Assembly (NCBI GenBank): GCA_018985225.1
Contig: JADGIF010000051.1
Coordinates: forward strand, 1 to 26,956
DNA from: Amoeboradix gromovi X-113
Taxonomy: Eukaryota > Fungi > Sanchytriomycota
Length of the DNA stretch: 26,956 nt
Direction: 5' to 3'
The notes under the pieces are model-generated. The model worked only from the letters and a program-made list of their open reading frames with translations, searched no databases and had not been told where the DNA came from. A program made the translations under genes and the position numbers. Below, piece by piece: positions 20,341 through 26,956 of the stretch (the stretch's first letter is position 1; every line of letters starts with the position of its first letter).

Positions 20341-21015
20341 ATGTCTGGCATTTTTCATCAATTAAGAGAAGCTCTCACTCCCCAACTTACTCAATCCAAG
20401 TTCAAGACTAATGGACTATTGACTCCAGACGAATTCATAATTGCAGGGGATTATCTAGTTGGTATATGTCCGTCATGGCAATGGGTTAGTAATACAGATC
20501 ACGATCACTTCACCGTCAGAGATTACTTACCGTTAAATAAACAGTTTTTGATATCCAAGAATGTGTCTGCTAAGCCGTTCTATGATAACATCCATGAGGA
20601 GCTAGTTGATGATGATTTATTAATAAACAATCCCAGTTCAGTCACTGTTGAAGTAGATGATCTAAACGCTGTTAATCTAGATGTTGATCTCTCAGACTCC
20701 TTTGATGTCATGATTACATATGACAAGTATTACCAAACACCTCGCGTATGGTTAATTGGATATGATAAAAATGGTAGCCCTATGACTCCTGCCACAATGA
20801 TGACCTACATCTCAAGTGATCATGCCCTAAAAACTGCTACTATCGAGCAGCACCCTCATCTTCAAGTAACTTGTGTTTCTATCCATCCCTGTCAACATGC
20901 AAGTGTTATGAAACTGCTGTTTAGCAACGATATCAAGGTTGAAAAGTATATGGTGGCCTTTTTGAAGTTTATATCTACTGTTATCCCCACGATTGAGTAT
21001 GATTATTTGGAATAA
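20341..21015 (+). CDS. ATG3: Autophagy E2-like enzyme Atg3 (224 aa)
   Basis: SKFKTNGLLTPDEFIIAGDYLV, WQW, YLPLNKQFL, ITYDKYYQTPR, catalytic HPCQHA, FLKFISTVIPTIEYD. Confidence 0.95.
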   Translation: MSGIFHQLREALTPQLTQSKFKTNGLLTPDEFIIAGDYLVGICPSWQWVSNTDHDHFTVRDYLPLNKQFLISKNVSAKPFYDNIHEELVDDDLLINNPSSVTVEVDDLNAVNLDVDLSDSFDVMITYDKYYQTPRVWLIGYDKNGSPMTPATMMTYISSDHALKTATIEQHPHLQVTCVSIHPCQHASVMKLLFSNDIKVEKYMVAFLKFISTVIPTIEYDYLE

Positions 21016-21039
21016 GTTAGAATGTTTAATAAATCATAT

Positions 21040-24000
21040 TTATTGGTTATCGCTCAACAAGTTTGCTATATCCATGTCTTTTTTAGCAACTTTTTTGCGG
21101 ATCTTTTTCAGCAAATGTTTCTTTTCGTTTCTTTCTGACACCAAGTCCTGAAGCAATTCATGAACTCGCCTGTTCCTCTTTATAGCAAGTGATTTTAAAT
21201 AATAAACCCACACTCCCATACAACTTATGATAACCAGCAAAACTACAGGATTCAAAATAAACAGCAAAAATTCAATAAAATGTTGATTAGTGCCATCATT
21301 ATGTGAATTAGATGGGTTGTAGTATATAGGAAGTATATTATATGATCCACGAGTGGTTGAAAATGTACTGGGTTTGAACATATCCATGTACTTGACATAC
21401 AGCTGATTCCATCTACCGAGGCTTCCATCAGATCCGCCCTCTAAAGCAAGCATGGTTTGGTTAAAATAACCGGAAGCACTTCTACTGATTGGCAAGTCAC
21501 CAAGTGTACTTTTGTATCCTGTCATTCTAAAATTGTTAAAATGGGAATTATTAGAAGCGTAGTCGTACCTCCAAGTGGTGTTTGCCAATGACTTTGAATT
21601 GCTTGACATTTTGGAGCATTCTCCCTTGAATATCTCAGCAGAGGCATAATCTGCTTTCGATGCATAAAGTGGGTCTGTGGTACTAATATTTACAAAGCAG
21701 TATGTATCAGTATCTGCCAAATAAGGCAGGTAAAGACCTCCTTTTTCACTAGCGGCGCTGTACAAGGTCTTACACATTGTAATATCGTTTGGAGACGGCG
21801 AAAATGCAGGCCCACAGTGCCCTGGTGGCGCCATGACGAATCCAACGATGTACGGAATTATGACAACAAAGAATGCAGCCATTAAAGATATGAGAAAATA
21901 CATGGTTTGCTTATGGGCATTGTATATTCTACGGGGAGGAGAGCCTAATGATCTAAGCACCACTATTTTTACCCAGAATATAACAAAATAACCAACAATA
22001 GAGAGATATATGATACCTGGAGCAATTGCTGTACCGATCCATACTATAGATTGCCTATAGGCCAGCTCCAGAATGTTTTTATTCATATCAAACTGATACC
22101 TCTTAAAAACAAACTTTTTAAACAATGCTATGCCAATTGTGGTAACAGTAGTTATTCCCAGCTCTAGAATAAGTAGCAATCTCATGATATACCCCAAATC
22201 ATATTCCCAACAGGTCTCACTACTGAGCATATTGTAATAATCAGGAAAATAGCTCTCATCTTTGTTCCCATCGGCAGGTATTTTATACACCCCACTGCCA
22301 GCTGTATAATCGTCAAAAAGTGATTTACAAATGTTCCCCTTTTTAGAAGGATCTACAGTCACTAGCACAACTAATATACCCTAAATTAGTTTTATATTAC
22401 GCCCATCTTAGCAAAAAATGACAAAAATATTGCAAAAGCTTGCTCTGTAACCGGGTCTGCAAATGTCATTATCCTTGCTATTAATTCAAACAAAGTAGGG
22501 AGTACAAGATTAAGAAACGATATCAGGACGGGTGTGTCCTTGGAAGTGTCATTTTCGCTACCACCAAACAATCTGCGAAGATTTTTGACGGCGGTAATCC
22601 ATGTCTGATCATGCGAGGAAGAAAGCTGAATAAGAAATCCAGAAAACAACAGCAGCATTGCACTGATAGCTACGCCTGTTACCCGCCGGGCAAGGAAGTG
22701 CTGGTGCTTGTACTTTCTTTTCTTTTCTTCAATCTCTTCATTGGTGATTAATCCTCTGAATAGATTAGCAATTGCATAATACTGATTAGACGTAGCTTCT
22801 TTTCCCTTTGTTCCAAAATTCCATGACGTAAATACGGAAGTGCTAAAGGGAAAGAGTTTGTCCGTTGACATCCTGTTATCTTTTAAAAACTCATTTCTTA
22901 ATCTCTTGATCATCTGAATTACACTAAATATTAGGTAGGATACACTAAGTAGAAGAAGAACAGGACCAGAGTCAATAGAGCTATTGTTGTAAGGTAACGT
23001 GGTTGGGAAAGTGGCATACAAAGATGGGCCTATTACACTGGTCCGATTTCTACTGATTGCAGGTGCGTATACTATCAAATAGACACCTGCGGTAATGCAA
23101 TTCATTAGGACTAACCATCTAAGTAGTCTAAAGAAGCTGCCGACACCAGTGCCAAACTTACCTTCAATGTTACGGATAGTGGATTCCCACAGACCAAAAG
23201 ATTTCTTCGAGTTCTCAATGGCAAACTTTGAATTTTTTTTAAATCTGTTGTACTTGATCTCCCACCAATCCATTTCGGCTCTGTCGTTTTGAATAGTTAA
23301 CGCTCTAGCCTTTTGCTCTTTCACAAGACCGATGTAAGGAACACCCTGAACAGATCGCACAGTTCTGTTATCTTCAGATCTTAGTTTGTGCTCGAGCGGT
23401 CCTTTTTTCGACGGTTTTCTAGTTTTAGTGTTCTCGCGAGAAGTTTTATCTCTAGGCTGATCTTTGGAAGCTTCTCTGGGTCTTGATGGATCTTTAGCTG
23501 GTTTTTGTGGATCCTTAGGTTTGGAAACTTCTTTTCGTTCTTTTATTTGTTGCGCAGAAGATATTATTTCTGGTTTCTTAGGCTGTTTTAATTGCTTTTC
23601 ATATCTTTTTGCATTATAAGAAGGAGAATTGTTTATAGATTCGCTAGATTCGGATCCATCGGATTGCGGTTGCGGTTGATCGAACTCGTCAAATATATTT
23701 GGTTCTTGTCTTATTTCAGACAAGTCTCGAGATTGTGATTTGACAACCTTATTCAGTATGTTTTTATCACCTTGATCGACTTTTTTAACAGCTCTTTTTG
23801 CAGTGCTAGTAGTAGAGGGGCTAAATTTAACCATCTTGTTATCAGTAGGTGTCTGAGACTTTTGTTTCTGCTGAGTTTTTTTTGGAAGTTCTGCAAAATC
23901 AAGAGGTTTTTGGTTATCAAATGCGTCATCATCATTAAAAGATGATTTGGGTGCATCTTCAATATGACCTTCTGGTTTTAAATTTATTTCGGATATGTTA

Positions 24001-24557
24001 GAAATTGACAAACGATCAACATCTAATTCAGCCTTTGACTTGAGCTCTTCTACATTTGCTCCTGTAGAGAAATCTATAAATCCAAAATCGGTTATGGGTG
24101 ATGATGGACTGTAATTTTCAATTTTTAAATCCGGAGTACCATCTCTTTTTAAAGTGGAAGCATTCTCACTAGGAAGACGTGGTAGCAAGTCAGTTGAATT
24201 AACCGATTCCAAGTTAGATTTACTATTTTCCATAGGGCTGGATAGTTTAGTGACCCGTTTCACCACCTTAATTGCACCCCCAGGTCCTAGGGAAGAATCT
24301 TTTGGGGATCTTGGGGAATCTTCATCTGATACTAGTATTTTAACCTTTTTCAAAGTAGACTGATCGTTCGTATCTATTAGCAGTGAAGGTTTCTTTTTTA
24401 CTGGAATTGGAATTGAAAAGGGATCTTGTTCGACGCTGCCAACTGAATCGTTATCATTATCGTTTTGTTTTGGGCTACTTTCAGGATTTAGGTCTGACTT
24501 ACTTATGTCTGAGCTAGGATTAGGGCTACTTGACTTATTTAGAGTGCTCTGTTCCAT
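21040..24557 (-). CDS. Transmembrane channel-like (TMC) protein; exons 24557-22401 and 22380-21040 (1165 aa)
   Basis: LWESTIRNIEGKFGTGVGSFFRLLRWL, FSTSVFTSWNF, CWEYDLG, FDMNKNILELAYRQSIVWIG and PPGHCGP are TMC-family motifs. A 20-nt intron joins the two ORFs in frame. Confidence 0.88.
22381..22400 (-). other. 20-nt spliceosomal intron GTAATATAAAACTAATTTAG
   Basis: GT..AG ends, CTAAT, in-frame TAA; removal gives KMG|GILVVLV in frame. Confidence 0.88.
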
Positions 24558-25254
24558 GTGTAAATGTAATGTTTCAGGCTTGGTCCGTCACCTCGTGAGT
24601 TTCTTTTTATCGAAACCGATTCATCAGATAAAAATAAATGTGGCTATTATTAGTAGTCTAATTAAAGATTGGAACAATAACAAATGAGACATCAAACATT
24701 AAACTATATTAGCATTCATTCGCGAAAACATTTAGCGACTTCAGTCGAATAAACCACTTATCGCGATTGCATGACTATCATTGCACCAATAATTCTTTTC
24801 GCAGATACTTTCAACGGCATAAAAACTCGATATTTGTTCTTTTCATCAATTGAAATGGGCCACAAAGTCTACCCGCTAACTGATCATGTCCAATAGCTAC
24901 ACAATTACAACTTTCCGTGATTTCTTATCATGAATCGTAATGCTTTTTTCAGTTTCTCCGTCGAAATTCTTAATTTTATCGAAAACCAGGGCTTTCAAGA
25001 AGGAGAAAGCTTTCAAACGGATAATCAAAGCAAAGCGACTTAAATAAATTGAGAAAGGAAGTTGATTAAAGACGATTTATTACGCTTCAACCCTTTAATT
25101 TGAAATGAAAAATGAATAACTGAACAGAGACGAAGTGTTGTCGCTGCGGGGTAAGAACGAGGTTGAGCATTTTATATGCCTTCTTGATAATTGAAGCTAT
25201 CATTGACATGATTTGTCTAGTACTTCTATCCATGTTGACCAGTATTGGCATTAA

Positions 25255-25297
25255 TGCAGTATTATCCTGGCTGCAGCATTATCCTGGCTGCAGCATT
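25255..25297. repeat. 17-bp tandem repeat, about 2.5 copies (tgcagcattatcctggc)
   Basis: tgcagtattatcctggc tgcagcattatcctggc tgcagcatt. Confidence 0.9.
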
Positions 25298-25379
25298 TAT
25301 GGCTTCAAGTAAAGTGATTACACAATTATTTGAAGAGTTCAATGTTAGTAGAACATATTAATAAAACGTATTTATTATG

Positions 25380-25628
25380 TTAATACATCACCTTTAACAG
25401 TGTTATCCTGACAGCACTATCTATTACATGTGTGTAGACAGAATATTTTTGCTTGCAAACTGAGCATTGATGTAATTTTTTAGACATATCACTGCAATGG
25501 TTATGAACCACATGACCACAAGACAACACTGTAAACCTAGAGCTAGTAATTATTACATCTTTGCATAATCCACATACTGCACGATCACTGATAATATCAT
25601 GGATATACTCTAAATGCACATTATTCAT
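25380..25628 (-). CDS. Small RING-H2 zinc-finger protein (82 aa)
   Basis: CGLC...CGHVVHNHC...CSVC gives C3H2C3 spacing; AATAAA lies just after the stop. Confidence 0.72.
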   Translation of the reverse strand: MNNVHLEYIHDIISDRAVCGLCKDVIITSSRFTVLSCGHVVHNHCSDMSKKLHQCSVCKQKYSVYTHVIDSAVRITLLKVMY

Positions 25629-26225
25629 GTATTGAAAGATATGACTTGCAATATCTGTATCAAATTTCCTAGATTTAGCTACGAATGTAGAATGATCTCT
25701 GACTTTATAACGCTCAATACTAGCAACGTTTACTCAGTTCTGCAGTGGCTAAGCAGTAATGTCAAGTATTCCTTTTCATTAAGTTTCTCAGTTACATGTT
25801 TTAATGACTTAAACACCAGTTTGCATGAATTCAATAAGTACAGTAAGCAGAAATTAGCTCAGAATTCAAAGTAGATTCACGTTGGAATAACGTTGCACCT
25901 ATATGGCTTCCATAGATTATTACTGTAACCATTGGTTTACAAGTTGTGGTTCCATTGTATTACTCGTTCGCCATCAGTTATCAAATTGGCATTTTTTAAA
26001 TAAACATCCGAAAAACTGACTGAATAAGTTTGTGAATTCCAACTGTTTGCAATGACTTGGTCCTTGATTCTGCCTTTCAAATATTCTAAAGTGGAAAAGT
26101 CTATAAGATCGGGTCTTCTCAGCAAGGAACGCATATCGAAACCATCGGCTGATAGAGCTCTTAATTTGTATGTAGAATTTAAGTGATAACATTAAGGAGA
26201 ATATGAAAATTGATTTACAGCATTT

Positions 26226-26956
26226 TTACTCATCCCGCAACCCTCCCCATAAGAGTTCGACTTTTTTTGGTCCAATTCCTTTGATCTTGTTGGTATCAGA
26301 TCTTGAAATGAGCCTTTTTTCCTCTGTCCAGATACGATCTCTCTCTGCAATATATTTGGCCAATGCACCGTCTCCCAAGACTGTTTCTAACACCTTTGGA
26401 TTTGCCCACTGCGGCTCAATATTTAATGAGTTTGGTACGAGTCTGTGTGTCTCGCTTAGATAGTCTCCCAAGTATGACCTTGTCAAAGAACCATTGTAGT
26501 AAATAAAGTTACGAAAATCTGATATTCCCAACCTCTTTGCCTTTAACAGTTCAGCAATATCCTTGCTTTTCTCAAGAGTGGACTCCAAGTCATACGCTAC
26601 ACAGTCTGTGGAAATTGCGACAAATCTCCACTTCGTATCTTTGGGATATTTGCTGTCAAAAGATTCAAGGAAGCTCACATAGTTCTTCAAGGCGGTTACA
26701 AATGGTGAATCACTTTTATTCAATTTAAATTTACACTGAATGAAAAAGAGAATGGGCTCCTTTGAGTACAATTCTCGCTTTACCAAAATATCAAAACAAG
26801 GGTTTCCATTTCCTGCTAAAATAACCAAATCAGACTCAAGCTCACATTCTATCACTGGCACATCTTTCCAAGACTTGTCTCTGTATAGCTTGAGTACATA
26901 TCTAGAGTTCTTGCACTTGAATATCCATTTGTGTTCATTAGCATTCCATGCGTCAA
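26226..26956 (-). CDS. 5'-partial Crinkler-effector-like protein: PD-(D/E)xK-type nuclease domain plus C-terminal helix-hairpin-helix
   Basis: The frame is open to the window edge. GNPCFDIL...LFFIQCK is a restriction-endonuclease-fold motif and KIKGIGPKK is an HhH motif. Confidence 0.6.
   Translation of the reverse strand, partial: DAWNANEHKWIFKCKNSRYVLKLYRDKSWKDVPVIECELESDLVILAGNGNPCFDILVKRELYSKEPILFFIQCKFKLNKSDSPFVTALKNYVSFLESFDSKYPKDTKWRFVAISTDCVAYDLESTLEKSKDIAELLKAKRLGISDFRNFIYYNGSLTRSYLGDYLSETHRLVPNSLNIEPQWANPKVLETVLGDGALAKYIAERDRIWTEEKRLISRSDTNKIKGIGPKKVELLWGGLRDE

Noticed and set aside
783-24557. Anoctamin, TMC, flippase and CTL as a functional membrane-lipid/channel gene cluster
   Set aside because: They are interspersed with unrelated housekeeping genes; there is no evidence beyond co-location.
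25255-25297. 17-bp repeats as a CRISPR-like array
   Set aside because: Contiguous tandem duplication without spacers, in a eukaryotic context.
25614-26192. Short ORFs between the RING and Crinkler-like genes
   Set aside because: Mutually overlapping, interrupted by stops, and with no recognisable domain.

Overview
Gene-dense, AT-rich eukaryotic nuclear DNA using the standard genetic code. The proteins are opisthokont/fungal-like; a compact early-diverging fungal or holomycotan lineage is my inference. There are about 16 protein genes: CIA2, an anoctamin, a choline-transporter-like protein, a VIP36-like lectin, TVP18, CMC1, a P4-ATPase, DHH1, a 7TM-RGS protein, NOP58, ATG3, a TMC channel, a small RING-H2 protein, a partial Crinkler-like nuclease-HhH gene and two orphans. 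Four genes are split by ultra-short 19-20 nt GT-AG introns with an invariant A at -6. Intergenic DNA holds an internally deleted IS607 TnpA/Fanzor2(TnpB)-type element with a candidate omega-RNA right end, plus dispersed copies of its presumed left end. It also holds a family of GGGAC-TIR MITEs, a 53-bp palindrome and a G.U-rich hairpin behind DHH1. Several genes share a GGGTRAAA motif about 20 nt before the ATG and an AATAAA/ATTAAA overlapping the stop codon. All family calls come from motif recognition by eye, not database searches.
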